From NCBI GenBank assembly GCA_965222375.1, contig CBDCTZ010000009.1:320001-384000 (forward strand): 64,000 nucleotides of DNA, written 5' to 3'. The DNA comes from Polyangiaceae bacterium. Its GTDB lineage: Bacteria > Myxococcota_A > Polyangia > Polyangiales > Polyangiaceae. The translations under genes were made by a program, and so were the position numbers. Positions 30,952 to 41,017 of this stretch are shown piece by piece (position 1 is the stretch's first letter; each line of letters begins with the position of its first letter). The notes below the pieces were generated by a model. The model did no database searches and was not told where the DNA came from. It saw only the letters and a list, made by a program, of their open reading frames with translations.

Positions 30952-31734
30952 ATGCTGCCGTCTCGTTGTTTGGTTCCGATGTTCTTGCTCGCCTTCGGCG
31001 CCGGTTGTGCTGCGGCCCCACCTCAGGCCCACAGCCTCGCTTCCAAGCCGGCGTCATCCGCGAAGGCGGCCCCGGCTTCGAGCGTTGTTGCCAAGGCCGT
31101 CGAGCAAAGAGCGGTCGCTGAATCCGAAGCCTCGGCGGATGCGCCTGAGCCTTCACAGAAGATCGCTCTGGATCTGCCGAGACAATGCGCCGCAGGGCCG
31201 GCCCGCTGCGTTCCGCCGGCCAAGTTCGTGCGCGCGCTCTGCCAGCGCACGGCGCCCGAGGTCGCCTTGGCCATGTTCAAGAAGGGCACGCCGTGGACGC
31301 GCGCCTACATGCGCCTAGATCGCGAGTTGTGGTTTGCCGGCAAGAAGCTCTCCAGCCCAGTGCTGGCGCCGCGAGGCGAGGAGTTGCTCATCCTGCGGGA
31401 GCATGGTGGCTCCGGGGTGGTGGTTGGCGGCGGTAGCTACGATGCGCTGCGCTGGAACGGCACCTGCGTCTCCGTGGTGGCTGACGAGGTGACGCTTCAG
31501 TCCCCAAGCGCCGTCGAAGTGGCAACGATCAAGTGGAAGTATTTGCCCGACGCCACCCAGGACTCACTGCTGGAAAACACCGTGATCATGAGCTCGTACC
31601 GGGCGCGGATGAAGAAGTGTCGAGCCAGCGGTGGCGACGCCTGCGATCGTGCAGAACGTGATCTGAGCCAGCACATCGCCGCTCACGTGCGCGACGGTGG
31701 CCCCGTCGCGGAGCCGAGCTTGCTCGACTGGTAG
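30952..31734 (+). CDS. Putative lipoprotein, function unknown
   Basis: Lipobox-like FGAGC, Ala/Ser linker, Cys pairs. Confidence 0.7.
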   Translation: MLPSRCLVPMFLLAFGAGCAAAPPQAHSLASKPASSAKAAPASSVVAKAVEQRAVAESEASADAPEPSQKIALDLPRQCAAGPARCVPPAKFVRALCQRTAPEVALAMFKKGTPWTRAYMRLDRELWFAGKKLSSPVLAPRGEELLILREHGGSGVVVGGGSYDALRWNGTCVSVVADEVTLQSPSAVEVATIKWKYLPDATQDSLLENTVIMSSYRARMKKCRASGGDACDRAERDLSQHIAAHVRDGGPVAEPSLLDW

Positions 31735-31783
31735 ATCGCGGCGTCGAACTCAAGCTCGCGGGCCGGTTGCCGTTTGTTCGAGC

Positions 31784-32152
31784 ATGAGCTCCGCGCCCAT
31801 TGGTGAGAGGTTGTTTGAGGCTGGGCTGATCGCGAAGGCCGATCTGTTGGCGGCGTTGGCGCTTCAACGTCAGCTCCGCCGTCGAAAACTCGGCGCAGTC
31901 CTGGTGGAGTGCGGTCTTGTCAGTGAGGAGGCAGTCGAAGAGGCTGCGCAGCGGAAGGGCGGATCATCCTTGGGCGACTGGCTGGTGGAACAGGGGCAGC
32001 TCGAGCCCGGGTCGCTCGAGCAGGCGTTGGATCTGCAGCGCCGCCAGCGGGCGCAGCGGCTCGGGGATCTGCTCGTCGCCATGGGCGCGATATCCCGCGC
32101 GCGGCTGGAAGCCTTCCTCGGTGCAGAGGGGGAGCGGACAGCGGTCGTGTAG
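31784..32152 (+). CDS. Stand-alone MshEN (GSPII_N-like) repeat protein, putative c-di-GMP receptor
   Basis: Four copies of the (R/K)LGxxLxxxG(L)(I/V)xxxxLxxALxxQ-like motif and no other domain. Confidence 0.8.
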   Translation: MSSAPIGERLFEAGLIAKADLLAALALQRQLRRRKLGAVLVECGLVSEEAVEEAAQRKGGSSLGDWLVEQGQLEPGSLEQALDLQRRQRAQRLGDLLVAMGAISRARLEAFLGAEGERTAVV

Positions 32153-32180
32153 AATGGGCCGCGACTAGCGGTCTTTCAAT

Positions 32181-33002
32181 ATGTGTGAACTCTTCGCCAT
32201 GTCGGCTCGGTTGCCGGCGACAGTGCGGCTGTCGCTGAGCGAGCTTGCCCGCCACGGCGGCGAGACCGGGCCCCATGCGGACGGTTGGGGCGTGGCGTTT
32301 CAAGAAGAGACTGACGTGCGGTTGCTCCGGGAACCCGATGCCGCAAGCTCGAGCGTGTGCGCCGAAGTCCTTCAGCAGCACGCGATCAAGAGCCCGATGG
32401 TCTTGGCGCACATCCGCTTGGCGACTCAAGGGCCGCCGGCTCTCAAGAACACCCAGCCCTTTGTGCGAGAGCTCGCCGGGCGCACCCACACCTTCGCGCA
32501 CAACGGTCGCCTCGATACGATTGAAGACAGCATCGCGCCCGGCGGTACTCGCTTTCGACGCGTCGGAGATACGGATTCGGAGTACGCCTTCTGCGTACTG
32601 TTGCATCGGCTGGAAGAGCTGTGGACCTCCGGCGCGACCCCGGCGCTGCAGGAGCGCTACGTCGTAGTTAGCGCCTTCGCGCGAGAGATTACTCGACTTG
32701 GGCCCGCCAACTTCATGTATGCGGACGGTGACGCACTGTTCGTTCACGCCGACCAGCGCAAGCAGCAGAGCGGACACTTCGAGCCGCCCGGGCTGCATCT
32801 TCTGTATCGAAATTGCGACTACGGGCACCGCCCTTTCGATACCAAAGCCGTGAAAGTCCACGACGGGCAGAACGAGCAGGCCGTCGCGTTGATCGCCAGC
32901 GTGCCCCTGTCGGAGGAACCGTGGTTGCCGCTGGCGCAGGGGACGGTGCTGGCGTTTCGCGCCGGCGGCCTGGTCGCCGGCAACGTCGCGGCAAACCCGT
33001 GA
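32181..33002 (+). CDS. Class II glutamine amidotransferase-like (YafJ family) Ntn hydrolase
   Basis: N-terminal MCELF, HADGWG, AHIRLATQG, FAHNG, GDTDSE. Confidence 0.92.
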   Translation: MCELFAMSARLPATVRLSLSELARHGGETGPHADGWGVAFQEETDVRLLREPDAASSSVCAEVLQQHAIKSPMVLAHIRLATQGPPALKNTQPFVRELAGRTHTFAHNGRLDTIEDSIAPGGTRFRRVGDTDSEYAFCVLLHRLEELWTSGATPALQERYVVVSAFAREITRLGPANFMYADGDALFVHADQRKQQSGHFEPPGLHLLYRNCDYGHRPFDTKAVKVHDGQNEQAVALIASVPLSEEPWLPLAQGTVLAFRAGGLVAGNVAANP

Positions 33003-33008
33003 TGCGCG

Positions 33009-33581
33009 CTAGCTCGCCCACTTGGTCTTGCTGCCACACTGAAGCATCTTCTTGCCCATGTAGGGGTTGGCCATGGCCTCTTTGGTCTGCACCCACTTCT
33101 TGTAGCCCTTGGCCATGGGGCATTCGAAGACGTGATGGTCGCGCTGTAGCTCGCGTTCTTTGGCGATCAGGGCAACCACGTGCTTGCTGAGTTCGCCGAA
33201 AGCGAGGCGTGCTTCTTCGATGTCCTTCTTGTCCTTGAGTTCCGATGCGGCGTTGGCCATGCCCTCCAGGGACTGCTTGGCGCCGCCCTTCGCCTTACCC
33301 GCTGCGACTTTGGCAACGTTGGCCAGAGAGTCGGCCTGCTTCGCGACGGGCCCCATATTGTCAGCGGCCAGCGCCGTTCGGATCCCCTCGTAGTAGTTGA
33401 GGGCGGCGCGGGTTCTGAGCAACACCTCGGCGGACATCGTCGCTCCAGCTTGCGGCTTGTTCTTCTCGGCAGCCTTCGCCACCGGGCTGTTCTTGTCCGT
33501 TTTCGGCTCCTTGGCGCAGCCGACGCCAAGGCTGGCTACGGTGGCGGCTGTGATGGTCGCAATGGCTCGGTAGTGACTCAT
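33009..33581 (-). CDS. DUF3347 lipoprotein (metal-efflux-associated family)
   Basis: Lipobox LGVGC; FECPMA...W...NPYMGKKMLQCG. Confidence 0.85.
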   Translation of the reverse strand: MSHYRAIATITAATVASLGVGCAKEPKTDKNSPVAKAAEKNKPQAGATMSAEVLLRTRAALNYYEGIRTALAADNMGPVAKQADSLANVAKVAAGKAKGGAKQSLEGMANAASELKDKKDIEEARLAFGELSKHVVALIAKERELQRDHHVFECPMAKGYKKWVQTKEAMANPYMGKKMLQCGSKTKWAS

Positions 33582-33763
33582 GGCCGGTCTTCCTTTGTTC
33601 GTCGGCGCAGTGGTAGCGCGACCGGGCACGTGGGCCCAGCTTCAGTCGTCCGTCAAACGGTTCGTGCCAGCTAAAAGAAAGCGGCGTTCCGCCGAAAATC
33701 CAGGGGCCGGCTCACATTATTCGTCGGTGCTGGCTAATATTGTGAGCGCCACAGGGCCCGGCC

Positions 33764-33791
33764 TTGACTCTTTTCAGGCCGTGAGTAGGCT
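33764..33791 (+). promoter_or_regulatory. Putative sigma70 promoter for tRNA-Asn
   Basis: TTGACT-16 bp-TAGGCT, 15 nt upstream of the tRNA. Confidence 0.5.
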
Positions 33792-33806
33792 CCCGGGCCC
33801 CAACAT

Positions 33807-33882
33807 TCCGGGATAGCTCAGTTGGTAGAGCGGTCGGCTGTTAACCGATTGGTCCCTGGTTCGAGTCCAGGTCCCGGAGCCA
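33807..33882 (+). tRNA. tRNA-Asn (GTT)
   Basis: 76-nt cloverleaf TCCGGGA...TCCCGGA-GCCA; D arm GCTCAGTTGGTAGAGC, anticodon loop CT-GTT-AA, T loop TTCGAGT, encoded CCA. Confidence 0.98.
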
Positions 33883-34069
33883 GTTTCAAGTCGCGTCCCC
33901 TGACGCGACCGGTTGGTTCACGCACATCGCATCGCCAGAGACGCCTCGCCGCGTCGCTTCTTCCCGCGAAAATACCGCGGTGACGGCGATGCGCCGCTTC
34001 CGGTGCTGCTTGGCGACTCCGAGATGGAGAATCCATTAGCGCGCGATTTCGACCCACCGTTCCCAAAGG

Positions 34070-34226
34070 GGGCCCGGTTTCTGCGATGGAGCGCGCTGAG
34101 AGTCTCGGGGTTGCGGAGCGAAAAGCGGGGGCCCGGTTTCCGTGATGGCCATGCGTAGAATCTCGATACCCGCGGAATCGGACAGCGCCGGGCCCGGTTT
34201 CCGAAATGGAGCGTGCTGAGAATCTC
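34070..34226. repeat. Degenerate tandem repeat, about 60-bp period, three copies
   Basis: GGGCCCGGTTTC..G..ATGG........AGA.TCTC at 34070, 34129 and 34190. Confidence 0.85.
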
Positions 34227-34323
34227 CAGCGCTCACAGAAAGGAAAACAGGAGGGCGCTTCATCCAGAGCCGATCCTCGTGTATCGGCACGCGGTCCCGC
34301 GAGCCTCGAGTCCTGAAGCCAGC

Positions 34324-34634
34324 TCACCGTTTGGGAGGACGCCCCGAACGACGCGTCTTGGACTTCGAGCTGTCGGACTTTGGCCGAACAATGCTGTGGA
34401 CTTCGACGCCCAGACAGTGGGCGACGGCCTGCAAGGTGAGTAGAGTAGCGTTCGACTCGCCGGCTTCGAGCTTCTGCCAGCCCGTGAGGTGAAGTCCCGC
34501 TTGCTCGGCGGCGGCTTGTTGGGTCAAGCCCGCCCTGCCACCAGGTACGCGATTCGCCGACCGACGCCGTTCAGAAAGGCCGCAAACTCAGGACTGTTTC
34601 GCTCTTTGCGGCGGGCTTGAGTGGCTTCGCGCAC
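34324..34634 (-). pseudogene. XRE-family HTH regulator with a single-base frameshift
   Basis: GTG 34634 frame reads ...FLNGVGRRIAYL then shifts near 34541 into GRAGLTQQAAAEQAGLHLTGWQKLEAGESNATLLTLQAVAHCLGV. Confidence 0.8.
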
Positions 34635-34734
34635 TCCACCGAGTCTGGGAAATACAGACCATGTTATGTGTTTTGCGCCGACCAAGCCGTTTCGCGGAGG
34701 CACCGCGAGCTTTGCTGCGCAGCTGCAGGATGCG

Positions 34735-34848
34735 ATGAAGACGGCCCCGGGCTCTTGTGAGAATGCACCGAGGATTCTCGTCGTCGATGACGACGCGCTG
34801 TTGTTGTCGTCTCTCCTCGACGACTTCCTTGTGGAGCGCGCCAGTTAA
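34735..34848 (+). pseudogene. Response-regulator receiver N-terminal fragment
   Basis: PRILVVDDDALLLSSL followed shortly by a stop. Confidence 0.5.
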
Positions 34849-36282
34849 TGAGCAGCTGATCGGGTCGGGAATTGCCTAGCAGTGTCTCCCAATCGTCGCT
34901 GGACACAGCAACGAAGGAGAGACGACATGGCACAGAGGAAAAAGCGACAGGTCCGGCGGGTGGCCAGCAGCAGGCGCGCCACAACGGGGAACTCTCGGTT
35001 AATGAACCGGACGTGCTCGTCAGTTGGCTTTGCCCGACGGATCTCATCAATAACCGCGACACCTGGCAGTTCTCGGTCGTAGGCAAGAAACTCGTACTTC
35101 ACATCGAAAACAGCACAACGACGTTCTCCCGCCGATGACCACCATCCGGCCATGATCGCCTCCCCCACTTCCAACATTGGCGGGTGCCCTTTCCGCCTCC
35201 GCTAACCCGAAAACTCGGCATGGGTGCCGAGTTGATCGACGACGGTGGTCCCGGTTCGTGCTGACCTCACCACGCCGAAGCGCGCGGGTTTCGCGCACGT
35301 CGATCGCAAGCTCTCAAGCTCTCGCGCTCTCCCGCTGCCCCGTCCTGACGTGAGAGCCGTGGTCCGGTCGGCTGGCTCCACGGAGGTTGGCGAATGCTTA
35401 GCGAAGCGGAGATCCTGCGGGAGGAGTTCGCGCGAGCGGAGCGCGGTCCAGGTTGGCGCTACAGCGCGGAGCTTCGTCGCTTCGTCGGCGCGCGGTGGCG
35501 TGTGCCCACGATCTGGTGCTCGTAGCGCCTGATGTGCGCCTCCACTCAGCGGCCGGCCGTGGCCGCAGACCAGGTGTTCAAAACGCAGCGCGGCGGGGCG
35601 GTCGAAGTCGTCCTTGAGCTTTGCACCGTGCGTGGCCATTACCCGGCGCCAAACCGGCGAGATTTGGGCAGGGCGCCGGCGGAGCCCTATCACCCGAGTC
35701 ACAACTCGGGCAAGTGGGATCGTCCGCGATTTCCTCGATCGGGCCATGGGGCATGCTCGCCGGATACGCCATCACTGTCGACCTCCGCTCAGGATGAGAT
35801 CCATGTCTTCACTTCGGCTCGGGTCGCGACGTAGGCGGTGCGGAATGTTCGCTGGTCCTTCCGGACCTCTTCCCGCGATTCCACTTCAACGCTCCGTATT
35901 CACGCCCGACCGCCTCGATCCCTACGCTGCGACGGAAGAGATCGTCTCGCTGATCCAGAGCCTGGCTGGCCCGCCTCGTCATAGCCAGCCCCCCAGCACG
36001 CTTCGTTTCCGGCACCCTCTCAGCTTTTTGCAACCTCCAGATTCGCGGAAGAAACGCCGTTTTCGGGTCGTGCACGATGACGAGCTCCCTCAGGGCGCAC
36101 TCCGCAGGGGCCCGAATCGGCAGGTGGGCGGCTAAATCAGAGACCCGGCACGCCGGTGCCCGCTTCGAATGCCGGTGCGAACACGTTGACCGGAAAGGGG
36201 TGAAGACATGGTGGTTTCGGTGGCAACGGGTCGCAAAGTCACGACCGCGCAGGTTTCCGAACTGGGGCGTCCATCTTCCCGG

Positions 36283-36819
36283 ATGCACAGCGGTTGCGAG
36301 CACTGGCGCAATTACTACGACGAGGAAACTCTCTCGCGCGGCGACGCGCTGCGGGAGGTGCACGCGATCCGCTCGGCCGGGGAGACGATTCACATCGACG
36401 CCTATCCGCGCCCCGAGGGGCGACTATTCGATCGCGGAAGCGACGCAGAACATCGTCGACGTAGCGAGATGGGCCAAGTTCACTTCGGAGGAACCACCTT
36501 CCTTGCCGGTGGCAGTGTTGGAGGCGGACTCAGCTATTACGCCGCCGCCGCCGGCGCGCCGGCACGAGCGATCGCGTGCCTGAACCTCGTCGACTTTTCG
36601 ACGACCGACTCCTGGCAGTTCTCGAAGCTCGCGCCTTGGGCAAAGGTTGCGGGCATGGCGACGGTCTCGGAGCGCTTCATGCGGGTGATCACGCCCATGC
36701 ATCGGGTGCGCTTTCCTTTCTCGTGGATCGGACGTTCCGTAGAGGGAGTAGTCGACGCTGGCGAGCTTGTGGTTGCGGGGCGGGTTCTTCGCTTGGCTAC
36801 CGGCGCGGCCTCTGCCTAG
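36283..36819 (+). pseudogene. Alpha/beta hydrolase remnant (internal deletion, frameshifts, 3' truncation)
   Basis: Segments IHIDAYPRP / RGDYSIAEATQNIVDVARWA (other frame) / FLAGGSVGG nucleophile elbow. Confidence 0.7.
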
Positions 36820-37244
36820 CAGGCCATCGAGAGCAGCATCGCGGTGACACAGGTGTCGGTCCAGCCGACGCTCCACAGATTGACGCCGCCGGTTTCGGTC
36901 ACGCCTTCGTCGAGCAAGAGCTCGCAGCTCGACCGCGCAGCGCGATGGCCTGGCGGCAGGCCGAGCTGGGTCAAGAGGCGCAGGGTGTAGAACGTCGAGG
37001 TCCACTTCGGTTGGTACAGTCCGCCACCCCAGGTGCCATCTCTGCTTCGATGCGATAGCAGGCGCGCGCCCCAGCCTTCGCGCGCCACTCGCCCGCGCGT
37101 TTTGATCCACGTCGCCTCGGCGCGGCCCAGCAGGTCTCGCTGAACCTGCCACACCACGGCGGGATCGCCCTCGAGGAGCCAAGGGACTACCTCGTCGGAA
37201 GCATGCTCAATGCCACTCCGCCGCTTCATGCTCTTCCGTGCCAT
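36816..37244 (-). pseudogene. N-terminal fragment of a prenyltransferase/squalene-cyclase-like repeat protein
   Basis: WLLEGDPAVVWQVQRDLL...DGTWGGGLYQPKWTSTFYTL...DTCVTAM, then stop at 142 aa; shorter than I recall for this family. Confidence 0.6.
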
Positions 37245-37323
37245 GGACGTTCTCGTTAGGTAGCCCAGCTAGCTGTGAGCGGATACGCCCTTCATTTCTG
37301 CTACTGTTCTGGCCGGAAGTCGA

Positions 37324-37989
37324 TCAGTTCCACCCAATCATCTCTTCGCGGTGCCGAAAAGGGGCCGGGCGCTCGACGGCATCCAGCATCCATTGCGCCA
37401 CGTCGCTTCTCGGCATTTGTGAAGACAGCCCAAAGCGCTCGACGATGCCCGTCCGGTTGCTGGTCTTGTCTGCGTTGGTCAAACCGACAGGGCGCACCAT
37501 CAGAGTGTCGAGATCGCTCCTGCGATACAGCTGTTCCATCTGATCCATATCGCGATAAGACACGGCAATGTTGCTCCGACGAACCAAGAACTTCATCACG
37601 GCACTCATCTGATCCCAGCTGTCACCGACACCGGCGGCGCTGATGGCAACGATGCGCTGAACTCCGCGCTTTTGCATGGCACGCACGATGTTCCGAGCAC
37701 TGCCGCTCGTGAGGTTCGCTGGTGATGCCAACGCTGACCAGGGGTTCGCTGGGTTCTTCCGCCTGATACCCAGACAGGAAACGACAGCGTCCTGACCGCC
37801 CATCACGTGGTCGACCGCATCCGCATCGAGCACGCTGCCCTCGACAACCTGAACGCCTTCGGGTGCGGTGAACCCGGCTGTCGAGCGGACGAATGCGGTC
37901 ACGTGATGGCCACGAGCTTTCGCCAGGTCGACCACCCATCCACCACAGGCGCCTGACGCACCGAATACCAGGAGTTTTGCGTACTTCAT
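37324..37989 (-). CDS. NAD(P)H-binding Rossmann oxidoreductase (flavin reductase/BVR-B-like)
   Basis: LLVFGASGACG, TLMVRPVGL, RSDVAQWM. Confidence 0.9.
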   Translation of the reverse strand: MKYAKLLVFGASGACGGWVVDLAKARGHHVTAFVRSTAGFTAPEGVQVVEGSVLDADAVDHVMGGQDAVVSCLGIRRKNPANPWSALASPANLTSGSARNIVRAMQKRGVQRIVAISAAGVGDSWDQMSAVMKFLVRRSNIAVSYRDMDQMEQLYRRSDLDTLMVRPVGLTNADKTSNRTGIVERFGLSSQMPRSDVAQWMLDAVERPAPFRHREEMIGWN

Positions 37990-38096
37990 CGGGTCTCCTT
38001 TCGCGGGGGCGACTCGCCCCGCCGCACCCACGAGTATGTACATGCAAAATAGTTCTGAAAAGTGCCTATAACCGCAGCTATACTATGCAAATCTGC

Positions 38097-38990
38097 ATGG
38101 ATAGGCGCCGAGTCAACTTCGATTGGAACCGAGCCCGCGCGTTCCTGGTGACCGCGGAGGAGGGCTCGTTCTCGGCGGCTTCACGAGCGCTTGGCATCGC
38201 GCAGACCAGCATCGGCCGCCAGGTCGCGGCGCTGGAATCCGAGCTCGATGTGCGGTTGTTCGAGCGCATCGGACGTGGATTGGTGCTCACGCCAACCGGG
38301 CTCGAGCTCGTCGAGCAGGTTCGCTCGATGGCCGAGTCCGCCACACGCGTTTCGCGGATTGCTGCCGGTCAATCCGTTAGCCTGGACGGGCCGGTCTGTG
38401 TCAGCGCGACCGACATGGTTGCCGCGTTTCTCTTGCCGCCGATCCTGGCGGAGATCCGCAGCCAGCATCCGGGGATCGAAATAGAGGTCGTGGCAACCAG
38501 CAGCATCACCGATCTGAGTCGCAGGGAGGCAGATGTCGCCATACGCAATGTGCGGCCGAGTCACGCCGACCTCGTAGTGACGAAGGTCCGGGACGCAGAG
38601 GTGTACCTCTATGCCACGCCCGGCTACCTTGCTTCTCTGGGCAACCCGAGCACCCTGGACGAGCTCTCGCGCGCGGAGTTCATCGACTTCGATCACAGCG
38701 CGAGGTTGATGACCGGACTGGCTTCTCTTGGCTTGCATCTCAGTCGCAGAAGCTTTCCCTGGGTCTGCGACAACCAGCATGTGCAGTGGGCACTCGTGAC
38801 GCAGGGCTCCGGCGTGGGTATCATGCATGCTGAGGTCGGGGACTCTGATCCTCGCGTTCAGCGCGTACTTCCAGACCTGCCGCCACTGCCCTTTCCCCTC
38901 TTCCTGACTGCCCACCGCGAGGTCCGTACCAGTCGGCGGGTGCGGGTCGTGTTCGATCTGCTGGCGAAGCGCCTGCGGGAGGGGGCTTGA
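38097..38990 (+). CDS. LysR-family regulator, divergent from the oxidoreductase
   Basis: AFLVTAEEGSFSAASRALGIAQTSIGRQV...LFER. Palindrome ATGCA-N4-TGCAT at 38085-38098. Confidence 0.95.
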   Translation: MDRRRVNFDWNRARAFLVTAEEGSFSAASRALGIAQTSIGRQVAALESELDVRLFERIGRGLVLTPTGLELVEQVRSMAESATRVSRIAAGQSVSLDGPVCVSATDMVAAFLLPPILAEIRSQHPGIEIEVVATSSITDLSRREADVAIRNVRPSHADLVVTKVRDAEVYLYATPGYLASLGNPSTLDELSRAEFIDFDHSARLMTGLASLGLHLSRRSFPWVCDNQHVQWALVTQGSGVGIMHAEVGDSDPRVQRVLPDLPPLPFPLFLTAHREVRTSRRVRVVFDLLAKRLREGA

Positions 38991-39426
38991 ACGCTGCCCG
39001 GCTTATTGTGTAGCCGACTTCGGGTTTTCTGGTCACGTACCTGCGCTAACCTCCTCACCCTTGCCGTCGAACCACAGGCAGGTTCGAACTTTTGGTTTGT
39101 CGCTCACGTCGGTCCTCCTTGGGGTTGTAGAGTCAGACGTGCGCTGGCTCTGGCGTCAACGGGTTTGGCGGGCACGACGAGGCGGCGGGAGCGGTACGCC
39201 AACGACCCGCGGGCTCGGAACGTCCCGCTCGTGCCGGGTGCGAGAGGCGGCACGCCGTTGGATGGAGAAACAGTTCAGCTCTGTTGCCTCCCCCAAAAAT
39301 GAAATGGTGGTTTGGGCTGGCAACAGAGCTGAACTGCCGCTTCCCTGGCCAGCGCCGGGGCGTCGCCCGCGCGCGAGGGCGCTTGGCACGAGCCCCTGGT
39401 TGGACGGCATCGGTGAAAGCGTAGAC

Positions 39427-40311
39427 TCACGCGCCCGTGTACGCCGGGTCCCCGGGCGATCGATATCGGTCCAAGGGACTGCGCAAGGCGTCGCTGCCGT
39501 AGTAGCGGCCGTTGCCCTCCAGCTCGCCGAAGAGCAAGTGCATCGTGGAGTGCGTGCCTTCCGAGGGAGGCTTCATGCCGAGCTGCGCCGGGGACTTATT
39601 CTGCGAATCCGAAAAGTGTCGGTTCATATCCGTGGCAATGAAGCCCGGCGTGCACGCGTTGATGTGCAGGTCTGGGTTTTTGCGCGCCAAGATCAACGTG
39701 TAGGTATTGGCGCAGGCCTTAGACAGCCCGTAGGCGGACAGGGAGCCGAGACCAGCGGCGCGGATGGCGTCGTCGTTGCCCTCCATCGCGACACATGCGT
39801 CGATGAAGCCGCGTAGCTCCGAAAGCTCGAGGCTTTTGTTGACGAAGAACGCCTGGCGCTCGGCGGTGCAGGCGCTGACGAAGTTGGGCCCGGACGCCGA
39901 AGTGACGTTCACCACGCGGCCGCCCTTGGCTGCAAGCAAGGGTAGGAAGGCCTCGCATACTCGCTGCACGCCAAAGGTATTCACCTGCAGGACCTGCTCG
40001 AGACTCGCATTGGTCGCGCCGACCCCGGCGTTGTTCACCACGCCCCACAGCGGATCGGTCGAGTGCAGCGCTTTCACTTGCTCCAAGGCTGCAGCCACTG
40101 ACGCGTTGCTGGCAACGTCGATTTCGAGCACGGTAATCCGTTCAGCCCAGTCGGCGTGTGTCTCCAAGAGCCCCGCCCGGGCGGCGTCGCCTCGCTGTCG
40201 GTTGCGGGAGCCCAGCAGGACGTGAGTGCCTGGGTGCTTGGAAAGGATGGCCTCCACGATGGCCAACCCAATGCCCTTGTTGGCGCCGGTTACCAAAATG
40301 CGTCGTGTCAC
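39427..40311 (-). CDS. SDR, carbonyl-reductase-like
   Basis: VTGANKGIG, VNNAGV, YGLSK, PGFIATDM; RBS AAGGAG before GTG. Confidence 0.92.
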   Translation of the reverse strand: MTRRILVTGANKGIGLAIVEAILSKHPGTHVLLGSRNRQRGDAARAGLLETHADWAERITVLEIDVASNASVAAALEQVKALHSTDPLWGVVNNAGVGATNASLEQVLQVNTFGVQRVCEAFLPLLAAKGGRVVNVTSASGPNFVSACTAERQAFFVNKSLELSELRGFIDACVAMEGNDDAIRAAGLGSLSAYGLSKACANTYTLILARKNPDLHINACTPGFIATDMNRHFSDSQNKSPAQLGMKPPSEGTHSTMHLLFGELEGNGRYYGSDALRSPLDRYRSPGDPAYTGA

Positions 40312-40357
40312 GATATGCTCCTTGGGTTTGGGGTGGGCCCCGGGCTTTTCAGCGGCG

Positions 40358-41017
40358 CTACCTCGCTGCCAGCGCACAGATATCGGCGTTCTCCAGCGTT
40401 TGCTTGGGAGCGCCCTCGCGCGCTGCTCGGAGCATTGCGCGGCCGACCTCGGGCGTACTGGTCACGTACTTGGGCATCTTCTTGAGCAGGGGATACAGCG
40501 GCCGCATCAAGGCGTAGATTACCCGATAGCTCGTGACGGTCGACGTCGCGCCGCGCATAGGCTGAATCATCGCGGGGCGAAAGTTGTACTGCGCCCTGAA
40601 GGAAAACTCTCGCAGTCGATCTTCGGCCTCGGCTTTGACTCGCGCCCACATCTGCCCACTTTCGCGATCCGTGGATGCACCGCTGATGAAACAGAACGTC
40701 AGCTGGGGGCTCTGTCGCGCAAGCACCTCCGCTGCCGCGAGGGTGAAGTCGACAGTGATCTTGCGGTATTTTTCCTCGGACATTCCGGTCGCCGACACCC
40801 CCAAACACCACAGGCAGGCGTCGAAGCCCGTCAGCTGATCGGCGATTGCGGAAAGATCCGTGAAGTCGTCGTGGATGATCTGCTCGAGCTTGGCGTGCTC
40901 GACGTCGACGCTGCGCCGCCCGACCGTCGTAACCCCTTCGACGGTCGGGTCATCCAGACACTCCAGCAGCGCGCCGTAGCCAATCATCCCCGACGCACCA
41001 AAGATCACCACCTTCAT
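40358..41017 (-). CDS. NAD-dependent epimerase/atypical SDR (YraR/TIP30-like)
   Basis: VIFGASGMIG, CLWCLGVS, WARVKAEAE, FRPAMI. Confidence 0.9.
   Translation of the reverse strand: MKVVIFGASGMIGYGALLECLDDPTVEGVTTVGRRSVDVEHAKLEQIIHDDFTDLSAIADQLTGFDACLWCLGVSATGMSEEKYRKITVDFTLAAAEVLARQSPQLTFCFISGASTDRESGQMWARVKAEAEDRLREFSFRAQYNFRPAMIQPMRGATSTVTSYRVIYALMRPLYPLLKKMPKYVTSTPEVGRAMLRAAREGAPKQTLENADICALAAR

Noticed and set aside
33900..34030. Integrase remnant next to the tRNA (minus frame RRIAVTAVFSREE)
   Set aside because: Only a faint resemblance, with no catalytic motifs or extended ORF.
34070..34226. CRISPR mini-array
   Set aside because: The repeats are degenerate, the spacers are short (22-25 nt) and resemble each other, and there are no cas genes in the window.
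35200..36200. Several overlapping 95-194 aa ORFs
   Set aside because: Arg/Pro/Ser-rich composition with no motifs; none can be supported as a gene.
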